From NCBI RefSeq assembly GCF_006345805.1, contig NC_043021.1, positions 22,196,001 to 22,260,000 on the forward strand: DNA of 64,000 nt, written 5' to 3'. The notes under the pieces are model-generated. The model saw only the letters and a list, made by a program, of their open reading frames with translations. It had not been told where the DNA came from and did no database searches. This DNA is from Octopus sinensis. Taxonomy: Eukaryota. Position numbers and translations under genes: made by a program. Below are positions 37,478 through 52,654 of the stretch, piece after piece; position 1 is the stretch's first letter; each line of letters starts with the position of its first letter.

Positions 37478-38423
37478 AAATAAATTATACAATATATTTA
37501 GTGAGTGATTTGTAGTGGTTTACTTCAGACGTCCTTATTTATTTCCAACTAATTCATGTGTTCCCTTTTATATTCTAATGTCAAAAGCTTTCTGTTTCCT
37601 GTGTTCGTAGGAAATATAATTTACTTACTAATACAATCTTTTATACTTTCTAATTACACTCCTTTTGTTCCTATTTAGCCTTGCTAATTCACTTATCGTT
37701 ATAGAATATTAAACCACAACTCATAGTGTTGTTACTTATTACCATATATTAGGCATCTACTTCAACCTAAATGTTAATCTGTTTTGTCTATACTATCTCC
37801 TAAACTTTCCCTTTCATGAGTCTACGTATGGGTGTGTGTTAATATATACTTTCTAGTTCATTAATTTCTAAATATTTGTTAACTATATCTTTTGTTTAAT
37901 TCTCTTATCTCGTGTCTTTATTTACCTCGATATTACACTTTATCGTCCATTAATTTACCTTCTTTGAAGTAGCAGATATGGTTTTGGCCCAAGATCAACC
38001 TTGATCGATCACGCCGTTGATCAAATGCGTTTCCACCGGACAATAGCTCACTCTCACTTTCACAGACGCATTCCACCAAAAAATTGTATAACCTTTTTTG
38101 TGCATGCGTGCTTCCAGGCGTATTTTTGTGTATGTATGTGTGTTTGCGTGCTTCTGTGCGTGCTTCTGTGCGTGTTGTATAAACGTGTGTGTGTTTGTGT
38201 ATTTGTTTGGTTCCACCATTCTATTGTGTCATTCTATGGCTATTTGTTTGGAATATGTAACTCGATTCGCGATTGCCTAGAAATCGTCCATCGATTCCCT
38301 CATAAGTTCTCTCGATCCTCGTCGTTTTTAACTTTTAGCCCTTTCTCAATATGCCACTTAGTAGTCACCATCTTCAACTTAGTAGTCGAGGCATCATCAA
38401 CTGTATTATCAACTTATTCCTAC

Positions 38424-38640
38424 TTAATACAATGAAGAGTAATTTGAGGAAGATGTCATAGCTATTTCTAGCATGGGCGAAGGAATATGTAGAGGGTCTT
38501 TCACTGCCTCGGTTTTGTTATCAATTTCATTTTCCCATTTTCTCAGTGCAGTGTTTGTTTTCATTTTTAAATCTATGACCACGCTATGTTCCCGAATAAA
38601 GTCTTGTTGCATATGGAACTCCGTTCTAGTTACTTTCAAT
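38424..38640 (-). CDS. Terminal coding exon of a putative DC-STAMP-domain-like gene
   Basis: Acceptor tgtgtcctacag|A; open frame LKVTRTEF...SSLY*. Phase-compatible with the donor at 42935 (AG+A = Arg). Confidence 0.65.
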
Positions 38641-41600
38641 CTGTAGGACACAACTTGAAGCTAACTTCATATATATGACAATTGTGTGTCTCTCTCGATA
38701 ACACCAAATCAGTAGTGTTGCTTAGGATGTCGGATAAAGAGGTTAATACTAGCTAAGGAACGGGAGAGAGAGAGAGGGGCGGGGCGGGCAGGAAGGGAAA
38801 AAATGAAAACGGAGGGCAACTATGATGGCATCTTCCAATGCTTCCAGCACCACAATCGGTTTTTATAATTTGTGTTTGTTTAAAATAACCGTTAGATTTT
38901 TAGCGATTTATATAACATCTAATATTGGAGAGGCGTTTGATTTTCGGAAATTCGGTTTTTGATAACGGACCTAATTTCCCTTTGTTAGCATTTGGTAATA
39001 GAATTTTGTTTTCCTTGTCTCTATTTCTATGTTCTTGATATTATTAAATATAACGAATCACTTTTTGTATACTTCCGCTAACTTCATGTGGGCCTTACAA
39101 TATTATTTTCCTAAGTGGTTTGTTTGTTTGTTTGTTCTTTCTCGAGCCATCCCTAGCTCATAAGGGTCGTCACAGGTGAGAGCTGCAAAATGCAAGAGGA
39201 AAGTGTAAGAGAAAGTTGTGGCGAAAGAGTCAGCAGTTGTTCGCCATTACCTTATGCCGGAGCTGCGTGGAGTATAGGTCTTTCGTTCACAAACACACCA
39301 CATCGCCCTGTCTCAGATTCGAACCCGCGAGTCCGCTGCTTTAAACCACTAGGCCATGTGCTCCACTCCTAAATGGTTTTGGCATGAGCCTTTTCCGGAC
39401 GATAAAGTCGCCGTATAATTTCAAAAGGGTCACGAAGGTAAAATCTATTACATTTGAAATATGTAACAGAATGTAAAATATTCAGAAGTAACGCATTAAG
39501 CCATAAATATTTACCTCAAACAAAAATACGAAAAGTATTGTATCAAATGAATTAGCAAGTGTTGAGAATGTATCATTATTCTTTTTTTATATATTTCCTT
39601 TATTTTTGTATCCACTGAGGAGAAAACGGGTTTTATTTAAATATTTTTCAGATAGGATCATCCAAGTTTATTGATTTTGTTCAATGAGTATCGATGTTAA
39701 AAGTATGACAATGGTTCGCTTCGATATTGTTGTATAAAAAGCATTAAGAACACATGTATTTTATTTGTAAATAAACTTGTTTAGATCTTTTCTATAAACA
39801 ACGATATTTGCCTTCTGTTTTATTTATGTTAATCCATGAATGCTTAGTGTGCGCTTATTTTAATGTTTTTCCTGATAATATTCATTGAGATTTTTTTTAT
39901 TGATTTATGAATGTATTTCTTTAAGCCTCACGAAGATATTCCATCGATTTTAATTCTTTAAAATTATTTTAACCTTTAAATAATTCGATGCTTAGATTAT
40001 TGTGATATTCAAAATGTCCATCGCTACAGTTTGTTGTTTGTTGTATCTTTTCTAACTTAGATCTTCTGCATATCCAACAGTGTAATATTTTCATTGGTTT
40101 ATTTATGATTTGAGTTTTGGACGTTTGATATTTTGAATATTCATAAGAATGCCGGGAATTCGATTTTTATTATTTTCTTTTTATATTGTTTGTTTGTTTG
40201 GCTTCCATTATGTCTATATTCTTCATTGATATTCCCAGTGTTTATAGATTTAACATATTTTTAAAATAATTTCTGTTGTTTATAGTTTACGGGAGCTTAT
40301 TGTTTTTCTGTGTTCATATTTTTACTTATATTTCTTTTATTCATTTTGTTCCGCTGTGTCTGATATATATTTAGAATTGAATATTTTCTTAAAATAGCCA
40401 ACTTGGTGTACTCCAAAGCCGGTTCCAGATAAATGTTATTTCAGTCTATTTGTTACTATACATGTATGATTTTCTAGTCTTGCTTTTAGAGTTAGTGTGA
40501 AGTAGAAATAATCGAATATAGATGTGGAATAGAATACTATGTGAAACTTATCATACATTTTCCTGTATATTTGAGAGAGTTGAGTAGATGAGTAAAAACT
40601 TATCAATCTGTCTTAATTGTTACCGGATAGTATTGTGTTTGCTTATTGAATTACATATTTTGAACAAACAAATAGTGCACAGTGGACGTCTAAGCAAACA
40701 TAGGCAAAACAAATCAAGTTTTCCAAATGGGTAAATGGTGAGATATTCCAAGAACATTTGGAAATATACTCTTCTCTTCAGCGAAGGAAACCTTATGCGT
40801 GCACCATCACATAAAGGCTTTTTTATGAGTACCAACGTTCAATTAAAAGGGGGAAAATTTTCATTAGAAAATAATAAGTTAAGTATTATTTTTAAATTCA
40901 GTAAAATTATTTGGTTGTCGTTCTTAACAATAGAAATGTTCTTTATGCTATAATTGCTACTAATATCATACATACAATCTAAAACGGTTCAGTTTTGATA
41001 TTTTAATTGTTTTATGTGGGGACTTTGTGTGGAAGATTTGTAGAGGAGGGAAATCTGCAGGGAAATAAGCAAAATAGTGCATTTTTTAGTATAGAATAAA
41101 ATGGTACACCATCGGTTCCGACAATGAGTTTCCCAGACAATCCGAACTACGGAAATTCCTGCTCGTGAAATTAACGTGCAAATGGCTGAACACTCCACAG
41201 ACACGCGTATCTTAGTTGTTGCCAGGAAGATGCAGAATGACATAAGATGTGATTAGGCTGCCCCTTTAAAATACACTTAAAATGTAGAACCGTGAGGAAT
41301 AATTTGTTTAAGTAGAGCTGGAGGAACCAAGAACTTGTACGCTTTGATGTGACCTGCTGGAAATACTAGCGAAATATCCCCTAAATTTTAATCCACAATG
41401 AAACATGTTAGAAGCGATGTTTGAACCGATAACTGGAGATATGTCTGAAAAAATAACAAGGTTGTAACTGCTAGAATGCATTTGATCATAGACGCATTCG
41501 AACAAAGCTGTGTTTCCCTAAGCAATAACAACAACAATAAGAAAATAGGATATTTCCGAAGAATGCAATGTAGACGAGAAATTTGAAAACAAGTCAAGTT

Positions 41601-41723
41601 AATGTTTTTCATTAATGTTTATCATTGCAAAAGTAAAAATATTAGTCTCGTATAAGAGATAGCTGCGACCAAAGACTTGAGAGTAGATTCAGTAGATAGA
41701 AATTGAGTGAAGACCGTTGTATG

Positions 41724-41809
<86 letters not shown>

Positions 41810-41854
41810 TGTAGCAGCAGCAGCAGTAATAATAATAATAATAATAATAATAAT

Positions 41855-41899
<45 letters not shown>

Positions 41900-42238
41900 G
41901 TAATGATGATGGAAAGGAGGAGGATAATGATGATGGCCGCACTGGTAGTCATAGTGGTTGTGGTGGAAATCTCGTTAGACAAAAGTAATATAGATGAACG
42001 ATATGAAAAAACAAAACAGAAATTAAATTTATATGTAAAAATTCTACAAGAAAAAAAAACACGATAATAAAATTCTCCTAGAATTGTCTTGACAGAACTG
42101 ACAATAATATTAGTGCCAAACAATGCCAAAAATTGTATGTATATATGTATGCAGGTATCTATGTATGCATACATGTATCTATATACCTATCTATCAATTT
42201 ATCCATCTAACTAACATACATACACACACACACACATG

Positions 42239-42281
<43 letters not shown>

Positions 42282-42934
42282 ATGTATATTTATATATACG
42301 TATACATATACATATGTGCGTGTATATGTATATATATACATATACATATAGTTATATACCTATATACACACACACTTCTATATATATATATATAGGTAAA
42401 GAAAGAAAGGCATATATATATTTTTATATATATATATGCATATATATATGTGTATATATATATGTATATATATATATATGTATGTATATATATATAAATA
42501 TGTGTGTGTGTGCGTGTGTTTGTGTCTATGAATGTATGTACGTATGTATAGAAACACATATATGCGTGTGTGTCTATATATAGAGAGAGATAGAGAAAGA
42601 TGTTTTAAATGCACACACACACTTATGTAAATACGTACTCACACCCACATGATATTATATATATATATATGTGTGTGTATATGTGTGTATGTGTGTGTGT
42701 GTACGTGTGTGTGTATGTGTGCGTTTGTTTGTATGAATGTTTGTGTGCATATAAAGATAATTAAATGATATGCAGCGAATCTTTATATAAGCTGTTGGCA
42801 AAATATGGTGGTATTTTATTTTTGTATGCCCTTTCAGTAATTCGGCATATAGTCATCTGCTTCCTTTCTAAGTCTTTCACTTCTCTCTTCGTTTCTTATT
42901 CTTAACTTTCCTCTCTCTCTTTCTTGTACTTTAC

Positions 42935-43308
42935 CTCTCTCTGTCTTCTGGACTTCGCATGATTATGATTGACATAATTATTGCGTAGAAAAAAATTACC
43001 ACAGACTTTGGCAATATGTCTACGAAAATGAATCCGGCCAGAATAATGTAGAAATTTTTATCATTGTTGTTAGTAATATTGTTTTCAATTTTCTTCACGG
43101 CGTTGAAAATAATTGTCAGTATAATGTCTTTTCTCTTGTTTAAATTTGCTGCACTAGACGTAACGTCACGTGTTTCAGTCTTACGTACGCTTCCTCGTAT
43201 GTGTGTACGCCACTGTGTAATGTTTGGTGTGTAACCACTTTCCAAAGAGCGGCTCGCAGAAATATGTGGTATTTAAGTATTACAATATCTGTCTCAACTG
43301 AAGCATTC
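42935..43308 (-). CDS. Internal coding exon with a TM segment; needs +1 nt near 43135-43145
   Basis: Acceptor tttctaaag|G and donor AG|gtaaag. Reads NASVETDIVILKYHIFL...VQQ, then LNKRKD...FYIILAGFIFVDILPKSVVIFFYAIIMSIII...SPEDRE. Length is 374 nt; 375 would be in frame. Confidence 0.6.
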
Positions 43309-43722
43309 CTTTAGAAATATTTTCATGGCAGTAGAAATCGAATTCATTCTGGCTGCGTGGTTGGAAGTTTGCTTCACATCAACATGCTACTGCAGGGCAC
43401 TTAGCCGACCAAAGCTTTGTGAGTAGATTTAGTTCACACACACACACTCACACACACACACACACGCGCGCGCACGTACACACACCCACACATAATTATT
43501 GGCATGTCAATCTAATGCCAAACAATTGTGGTGAGAATGTTGTCTCCCCCGTCAGTAAAGACAAAATGTACTTTTGTGGCTAAAGAATTCATTGAATCTT
43601 ATTTCTAGCATCGCCGGTGCGCTATTTGCACCCTTTGTCACATTTTAGTGATTTAGTAAAGGTGAATTATTTCCTTTTCGGCTATGAATTGCATCTAACC
43701 ACCTTCATTATTATTATTATCA

Positions 43723-43834
<112 letters not shown>

Positions 43835-43853
43835 GAGAGAGAGAGACAGAAAT

Positions 43854-43887
<34 letters not shown>

Positions 43888-44197
43888 TTCAAAATCAAGA
43901 TATTTATTTATATTACAATATTACATTAAATACTATGAATATAATGTATAACGTAACATAATATTATATAAATGATGATCAAAATCGTAAAATGGCTAAC
44001 ACATTGTTCCACTTATATATATTTTTTCTGATATACATAATCGCGGTACCAGTGAATTGGATGTTTAACACAACCCTTGAAGGATTTCTTTACTTCAGAT
44101 TGTTACTTTATATATATATATATTATATTATATATATATATACATACACACACACACACACACACACACAACTATATATATATATAATATATATATA

Positions 44198-44232
<35 letters not shown>

Positions 44233-44786
44233 CTTTAAGGACACCTGGACAGTTAGCGATTTTCTTTCTTCTTTGGGATTTTCCATTTCTTTTTTCGACA
44301 GAATTGAGAAAGACATCGCAGATGTGAGTGCATATCTAATGGAAAATCGTCGAATCACAATCCATGGGAACGTGCCAAGCTTACTGTTTAAACCATGTTT
44401 GTGCTCTCCCAGTCAACAGCCTCATCATTACTGGTACTTTAAACTCTTTGGTTGCATATTTGTGTAAATAAAATCATTTTTCTTTGGAATAGGAAAAAAA
44501 GTCTATCTTTATTTCTTCTTTTGCTGGTGTCTCAAATTTAGGTTAAATCAGTATTTCTCAAAGAGGAGGCCTATGTGACGGTCGGACAAGTTGTTTTGAG
44601 TAAATTTGGTTTAAATATTTGACAACTCAGCTTCGTCCATTTGATGGGGGGCGTATTTCATATTTGCAAAATGATACTAAGAGGGAATAGACGCCATATT
44701 TTTGGGATAATCTGTGTGCTACATACATTTCCTGAATTAATAACTGCCTGGTAGACATCAGCACTTATCAGGGAAAAATGTAGTCC

Positions 44787-45008
44787 TTGCAGTGTGGAAG
44801 GTGTTTATAAGCCATTTAAAACACACAAAAACCGTTAGATTCACTTCAACATTTAAATATTTTGGCAAATTAAATTAAAATTTTGAAGTGAATCCAACGG
44901 TTTTTGTGTGTTTTAAATGGCTTGTAAACACCTTCCACGCTGCAATTGTTTTCGTTCTACTACAACATCTCAGATCAGGTCACTTGCTATGCAAGTACAT
45001 CTCCGTAA
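44787..45008 (+). repeat. Copy of the G3:C8-HHR repeat family, truncated at the stem III/cleavage region, with a 63-bp inverted tail
   Basis: 44787-44849 is the reverse complement of 44883-44945. The body matches 20515-20650. Confidence 0.8.
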
Positions 45009-45587
45009 TGTGCTCTTTATTTTCAATAAACGAAAGCTTGTACTGTTGCCAGATACATCGTTCCTGCGGGGTAGCTGACTCTGTCTTAGGAAACACACAA
45101 GTTAGAAAACCTGCGGAGTCTGAAAGTTCACTTACACCTCTGAGTCACGTGTTATAAACGCACATCGTCCGAAAGGAGCAAGTATTCTCCGATGAAGAAA
45201 AACAACAATGACGAAGCAATCGTATTCCAATTCGTCAGGACCTTTTAAATATGAATAGATAAGTTATGATTTGCATTCTCCTTCCTCATCATGCAACATA
45301 GGAATAAAGACTATTTCAATGAACGACATTTTCTTCTCTGTTTTAAACCTGCCTCTAGAAACAACGACTAGAAATATTACTACATAAACTAAGACTACAA
45401 CTATACGATATCTGTTGTTAATACTAAACTACTACTAATGATAGTATTCATATAGTTGCTGTTGCTATTGCTAACGTTCCCACGGTAATTTAACAACTAG
45501 TTATGTTTAAAAATACTGATACGATTTCGATTTTCGTACTCAAAGTTACCATCGTCACTACTACAAATACTACTGCTGCTGCTGCTG

Positions 45588-45620
<33 letters not shown>

Positions 45621-45717
45621 ATATTACTACTATAACAACTACAATAACTACAACGACGATGGCGACTATTACTACTATTACGACGACAACGATGACGACG
45701 ATGACGACTACTAATAT

Positions 45718-45753
<36 letters not shown>

Positions 45754-45756
45754 CGT

Positions 45757-45794
<38 letters not shown>

Positions 45795-46879
45795 AACGTT
45801 TGAGTCTCACATAACTATTCCGGTTCACCTGAGTGATATTTAATATCGAAGAAGTGTAATACCCACATGAGAAGTTCCGATTTAATTTGAAATTTATGAC
45901 AATCGCCAAAGTTGTTTGACCTTTTGGGGTTGATTTATTTATGATCAGTTAGGAGGGAACACATATTATTCAGAGAAATAATGTGTAAAGACAAATATAT
46001 ACATGTATGTATATATATATATATATGTATATATAAATATATATACATACACACATACTCATCTATATCTTTTATCGATTTGCATGAATGTACATATATA
46101 TATACATATATATGTATATATATATATATACATATATATGCATATATATGTATATATACATATATATACATATATACACATATGCATACACTCATATTTA
46201 TTCATATTTGTTATCTATTTGCATTAATGTATATAGATTATTATTTATAGGTATACTCTCAAACACACATTTATACATATTCAAGCGCATACAAGTGCGC
46301 ATGTGTAAATTAAAGGAAAACGATAGGTATATGTAGATATGCGTGTTTAAGCGGGAAGCCCACAATTACACACACACACACAATCACATGCATATGCACG
46401 CACACATATATCGATACATATACAAATGTATCTGTATATATATAGATATAGATATAGATACATATATATATATATATATCGATACGTATACAAATGTATC
46501 TGTATATATATATACATACACACATATATATATATATATACAGAGAGAAAGAGAATGTGGGAGGGAGATGGAGGCTGAGAGAGAGGAGGGGTGGAAGATC
46601 TAGAAATACTTGATTCACGCACAATAGTTGAAATATTTTCCTAGATATAGTGCACTATTGTAGAAAGGTGCCAGAGAAAAGAATCTTCTGGAACAATGTT
46701 TTCGTGTTGTGCATGTGTGTAAATGTAAGATCCTACCTTGTTCAGTCTTTCAGATACACATCGTGTGAACTAATCCGTATAGAGGAATTCGTACACTGCG
46801 ATTTAAACACAAATTAGGTAAAGCAGAACACCATTATACAGGGGAAAATCTTCGAACGTCCGACGAAAACAATATATGA

Positions 46880-47385
46880 AAATATATATTGCAATCAGAC
46901 AACCGCAACTCGCAAAAACAAACGTTACAAGGCGTTTAGAGGAGAGTAAAAACCTACAGAATTGGTCCCTAGAGCAGTCGAAGAATATTAATTCCTCGGA
47001 CGAGTCATCCTCTACCTTATTCCCGACCACCGGCCAAGTATACGAGTGGAGATAACCAAAGGAAGCATTTGATCTAGTCAGCCTTCTTCCAACTGTTAAA
47101 AATAGAGGAGGATCTGTGATGATCTGGGGCGGGGAGGAGATCTATATTTTGGAAATCCGCCAGCCCAATGGTTTCCCTTCATGTCAGAATTAATAGTGAA
47201 GAATATTTAAGCATTTTATCTGATCAAATTCATCGCCTGTTTGAAGAATTGTTTCCGGAGGAAAACGTAATCTTTCAAGAAGCTAATGCACCAATTCACA
47301 GACATAGAGTTGTTGCTGAATGGTACAAGGAACATTCTAATGAAGTGGGACATCTTATCTGACCACCACAATCCCCAGATGTGTG
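46880..47385 (+). pseudogene. Tc1-family transposase fragment
   Basis: SSDESSSTLFP, GGSVMIWG, VIFQEANAPIH and *PPQSPD are decayed DD34E-region motifs. Confidence 0.8.
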
Positions 47386-47650
47386 CCAAGAAGCTTGATT
47401 ATGGGCTTTTAGAAATTTAATATTCTTAATAATTTTTAATACATAATTTTCAAATTTTCATGGTTCTGCAAAACTTGTCAGCTCTAAATCAAAAGATTCT
47501 ATTCAACTTTATATTTTGGGTATCTTTCTCAAAAATGGTTTTCTCTCTGACACTGATCATAAGATATTGAGGTAAGTATTTGGGCGCAGATATCCGAAGT
47601 AGAGCTTGTGTCTATGACACAACTAAATATATCTGGATTTCTCAACTCAC

Positions 47651-47883
47651 ACAAGTGTATGGTCACTCAAATTGTTTAACAAATATACAAGCAGTTTCGA
47701 TTCAAAGATTGGTTTGGAAATTAGATTCATATGGGTAACAAACTCGCTTTTTAATTGCAAAGGGATCTCATCCGGAACAGAATAACTATCTTCAAGCATA
47801 TTGCCATTGAAGCGTTTGTTACATTTGGGTCGTTGAGAAATATTGTTATATTCGTCAGCCAAATATTTCTGCTTTAGCAACGA
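47651..47883 (-). CDS. Internal coding exon (233 nt), DC-STAMP-like KYLAD-EYNNI segment
   Basis: Acceptor ttattcaaacag|TCG, 77 open codons, donor GT|gtgagt. Phase matches the exon at 43308 (GT+G = Val). Confidence 0.7.
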
Positions 47884-48391
47884 CTGTTTGAATAAGGATT
47901 AACATTTGACTTCATATTTCATCTACAAGTGCAGAGAAATTGTCCTTGTATATTGTCCCCACAAGACTGTCATTATTTGACTTGAACGTATCCACTGACC
48001 AATGTGCTAATCTTCGTTTGAGACAGGCGGATGAAATTTAGATGATATTTGTGGTTGTTTCTATCAAGCAGAGAGACTACGTAGAGGTTGCCACAGTGGC
48101 AGCAGTACCGCACTATAGACAAAATTGTCGCCTGTTACAGGACAGATTTAAAATTCTTTCTTGATTGAATATAACGATTTCCATATTACATAGTCATAGA
48201 GGTAAATATTTTAAAACTGTCCTGCACAGATGCGCTCATGTGAATTATAAAGAATATAATTTAAAACCGGATTTGATGAGTTTTTCGGCAGACACTGTAT
48301 TTTATAAGCTGAGACACAGACTGATGTATTACATTTATCCATACATACATATAGACATACAGACAGATTGATAGATAGATACGTGTATACA

Positions 48392-48443
<52 letters not shown>

Positions 48444-48743
48444 CGTACATATATGCATATATATATACATGTGTGTATGCATATGTGTATATATATATAT
48501 ATATGTGTATATATATATGTGTATATATATATATGTATATGCATGCATATATACGTATACAAATACATATATATATATATATATTGATATGTATATATAT
48601 ATACATATATACAAATACATATATATATATATATGTGTATATATATATATATATACAAATACATATATACACATATATGTACATTTATATATATACATAT
48701 ATATATGTATGCATGTATGTATATATATATATATATATATATT

Positions 48744-48776
<33 letters not shown>

Positions 48777-49197
48777 GTGTTTACGTGAAAATATAGGGAG
48801 AGGAGAAAATCTGATGCAGCGACTGACTGAGAGGCAGAATGTCTGAGAGACACAGTGATACAGAGACTGACAGGCAGACAGATAGATAGATAGAAAAAGT
48901 GAGAGAGTGAGAGAGTGAGTGAGTGAGTGAGTGAGTGAGTGAGTGAGTGAGTGAGTGAGTGAATAAGCGAGTGAGTGAATCAGACAAAAAAGGCAGTCAG
49001 ACCGTCAGGGAGAAACGGAAAAAAAGACACAGAAGGATCTGTAAAAAATATCGATCTATGCAATTAATTGACAGATACGATCAGAGAGAATTTATGCCAT
49101 ACGAAGTCGCTATGAGTAGGAAATGGCTGAAGAAGATTTATTACCCAATATATTACACTTAAGAGTTAAATGTGTGATCGACATCTTTACTTCTTAC

Positions 49198-49284
49198 CTT
49201 TTTTTTTCATGCATATATCTTGGTATAGAGACATATATGAAGAGGTGTATATGAGCGAATACCAAGCAAGGCATTGAAACTGTG
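49198..49284 (-). CDS. Candidate hydrophobic exon (TVSMPCLVFAHIHLFIYVSIPRYMHEKK); needs +1 A in a 9-A run
   Basis: Acceptor actttcaag|C and donor G|gtaaga; phase-compatible with the upstream donor at 49921. Confidence 0.45.
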
Positions 49285-49353
49285 CTTGAAAGTGTATATG
49301 TGAATGTCTTCAAATATATTATGGCTCTATCAATATATCGATTTGTACGTTTC

Positions 49354-49388
<35 letters not shown>

Positions 49389-49389
49389 G

Positions 49390-49421
<32 letters not shown>

Positions 49422-49497
49422 CAAATACATATAATATATATGAGAGTGTACATATTTATATGTGCGTATACGTGTAGCCAATTGTCAATACAAACAC

Positions 49498-49528
<31 letters not shown>

Positions 49529-49708
49529 GTATATATATACATACGTACACACATAGATATATATGTATAAACATGAAGACACTCATAATTATATTTGTCT
49601 AAACAAACTTGTGCATTTATTTATTAATCTGTCTATTTGTCTGTTCTGTCTGTCTCATTTCTCTCCGTCTCTCACTTCTCTCTCCTCTATATATGTATAT
49701 ACATATAC

Positions 49709-49822
<114 letters not shown>

Positions 49823-49920
49823 TATATATGCGTGTGTTTTTGTATACAGGTATATATATTGACTGATGGAAAGAAAGGATAACCATATACACATAATTAA
49901 ATATTTTTCATTTCTCTTAC

Positions 49921-50120
49921 TTCAGACGAGGATGGCTGATCTGACGAATTATCTCATTAGACAAATCAATAATTCCTGCTCTACCCGGATATGTTTTCCT
50001 ACTTACATAACTCAACGAACGTAGGAAACACACCACCGATGCTAATTCTCTATGCCACCTCCTTCGTCTATACATATATGCAACTATAAACATTGGTATA
50101 TGCATATTTATATGGATATG
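49921..50120 (-). CDS. Candidate exon (…MHIPMFIVAY…EIIRQISHPRL); 5' boundary uncertain
   Basis: Open frame in non-repeat DNA; donor AA|gtaaga; possible acceptor tttgtag|A. Confidence 0.45.
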
Positions 50121-50385
50121 TCTACAAACTAATTAAGCGAAATGTTTAATGCATTTGCTTTTCGCATACCGGTTTTACTCTTAATTCGTCTATAAATTTC
50201 AGTGTCATATTTTAAGATATCTTTTTTGAAATGTATCGTTGTATTCGTTATCTCGTCGTCATCAAAGTCTTATCTCACCTATTGATACCAGTTTAAGTTT
50301 TACCTGAAGGTAATGGATTTATGCCATGATATAATCTACGAATATACCAATAGAGTAATACCAAAAGAGCTTTCTTTTTTACATA

Positions 50386-50451
<66 letters not shown>

Positions 50452-51354
50452 TGAGTAATTGAATGAATTATCTTATTAAGGATAATTCGAAAGATAACCG
50501 ATACCTGGGTAGCGAATTCACATCAGAAAGAACACGGTTGAAGCTACGTCGCTAGGGCATAGACTACGTGTCTTCGTGCGGAAATTTGCATGTTTATTTT
50601 AAAGGTCTGAATGCGTGATTGTGTTTGTGGATGGGTAGAGGTCAGAAAACTGACAGCTGTGTGTTGAAAGGTCTGTATCTGTGTGTTTGATTATGTTTAC
50701 TGTAGGGAAAGGAGACTAGTCGTTCAACTCCATTCTTTCATATACTTATAATTTTAAAATATATATAGATATATATATAAACATAAATATATATATATAT
50801 ATAATTACATAATAATTGTAGAAATTGATATTAATCAATTAAAACCAGTGGTTAGCATATATAAAAAATACGAAGATTAAAAAGTGTGATATATACAAAA
50901 CTTTCGTCGTGGTAATGGCGATTTGACGTCTATATTTATCATAAAGGGTGTCCACTTTAGTGGTCATTCCTCTAAATTTTGTATATATATATATATGTGG
51001 GTATAGAAACCTGGAAATATGTATACTTTATTTATAGGGTGTATATATTTTTTATGTAAAATATGAAATTTGTGTATAGACACATTATATTATGGATTCA
51101 TACATAACTGTTTCTACTTTAGGCAGGTTACTTGAAATTTTCCGGTAGAGGTCTTGTTTATATCGACTGGAGTGATCATCTGATATTTATTTTATCGATC
51201 CCTAAACGATAAAAAAGAAACATCGAACTCTGCGAAATTCGGAATTAGAACGCTAAGCCGGTTAAAAATAACGATAATTTCCTTTTCCGTAAGAGGGCAT
51301 GCCAGCCCGCTGTCTTATGGATATATAACATATAATATATGCATACATATATTC

Positions 51355-51401
<47 letters not shown>

Positions 51402-51418
51402 GTAATGCAGCACGGATT

Positions 51419-51469
51419 TTTGTCAGTGAACAGGTCGCGGTCTTAAAGCGACGAAAATATTTTGACAAA
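51419..51469 (+). ncRNA. Variant type-I HHR with G3:C8 swapped core, second copy
   Basis: TTTGTCA-GTGAACA-GGTCGC-GGTCTTAAA-GCGAC-GAAA-ATAT-TT-TGACAAA. Confidence 0.65.
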
Positions 51470-52139
51470 TTAAACTTAAATGTTGAAGTGAATCGAACGG
51501 CTTTTGAGTGTTTCTTAAATGGCTTACAAACACCTTCCACGCTGCAATTGTTTTCGTTTCAGCACACGATCTCAGATCAAATCACTTGCTATGCAAGTAC
51601 ATCCCTCTCTCTCTCCTCTCTCTCTCTATATATATACATATATATATGTATATATATATATATATATATATGTGCGTGTCTGGTTGCGTATGTGTAACTG
51701 TGTGCATATGTATGTATGTTGAAATTTGAAGCTTGTGTGTAACTCCTTGCAATTCTTTGTGACTTGCAATTTACAATTTACGATATAAATTCCGATTACA
51801 AATAGTCTTTTAATTGTTTTTGACACCCAAAGAATAATTGATTCTACTTGAAGGTGTCGAAATCACGATACTCTCAGAGTGGCTGCTGAGAATGTAATTT
51901 TGCTGATTACATTAAGCTTCTCTTCCTCACGTTTCTATCTCGTTGTCGTCGTCGTCGGAGTCACGTAAGATTTGGCTTACATATCGAGAAGAAGTGAGCT
52001 GCTTAATAAATTCTTTATTGGTCAATAGGTAGAAAATAAACTAGAGGCTTTTTTTTATAAAATTTAATAAGATGGTGATATTATTTTCATAAATGGTAAC
52101 AGATCATGTCTTTGGAATCATTATGAATAGTATGTGTTA

Positions 52140-52400
52140 ATTGGCATCGTTCCCAGTCAAGTGTATTTCATGTTGGGGAACACATAATCGACAGACGGGA
52201 ACAAAACGAGAGAATAGGGAACGTGATCAACCTGTTCAAAGCCACATTCACAGACAGCAGCCTTTGAAACTAAGGACCTGTGTGCTGGTACATTATCCTA
52301 GTAAAACTATATCCCTTTTGTCATTTTTCCTGGGCGTTTGTCGTTGATGGACTTTGTAACTGCTTCTGATTTGGCCGATCAGATATATTGTATACTTGGG
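52140..52400 (-). pseudogene. Mariner transposase catalytic-domain fragment
   Basis: RPGKMTKGI*FY*DNVPAH ... CGFEQVDHVPYS ... DYVFPNMK. Confidence 0.75.
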
Positions 52401-52654
52401 AAATACACGTATATATATATATATTGGTATCTGTACACAGAAATTTATTGGTATGTATATGTATTTCTCACTTATATATCATCGGTGTACTTCTTAAGAT
52501 TTCAAGTTATCCGAAATTTTATAAATCTTTTTGTCTATTCCCTCACATTCAGCCTTGCCTTACAAACGTGAACAAATTTAGAGTGGCCGGAAGACATTTG
52601 ACATCTACTTCTATTGTATTGGCGTTGGCCCTCCAGCGCCCTTAATTATAATTA

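Noticed and set aside
51880-52040. Possible extra exon (FIFYLLTNKEFIKQ...DDDDNEIET) of the minus-strand gene
   Set aside because: It looks protein-like, but I could not find splice phases consistent with both neighbours. Left uncalled, as is the DFDDDEITNTT frame at 50135-50275.
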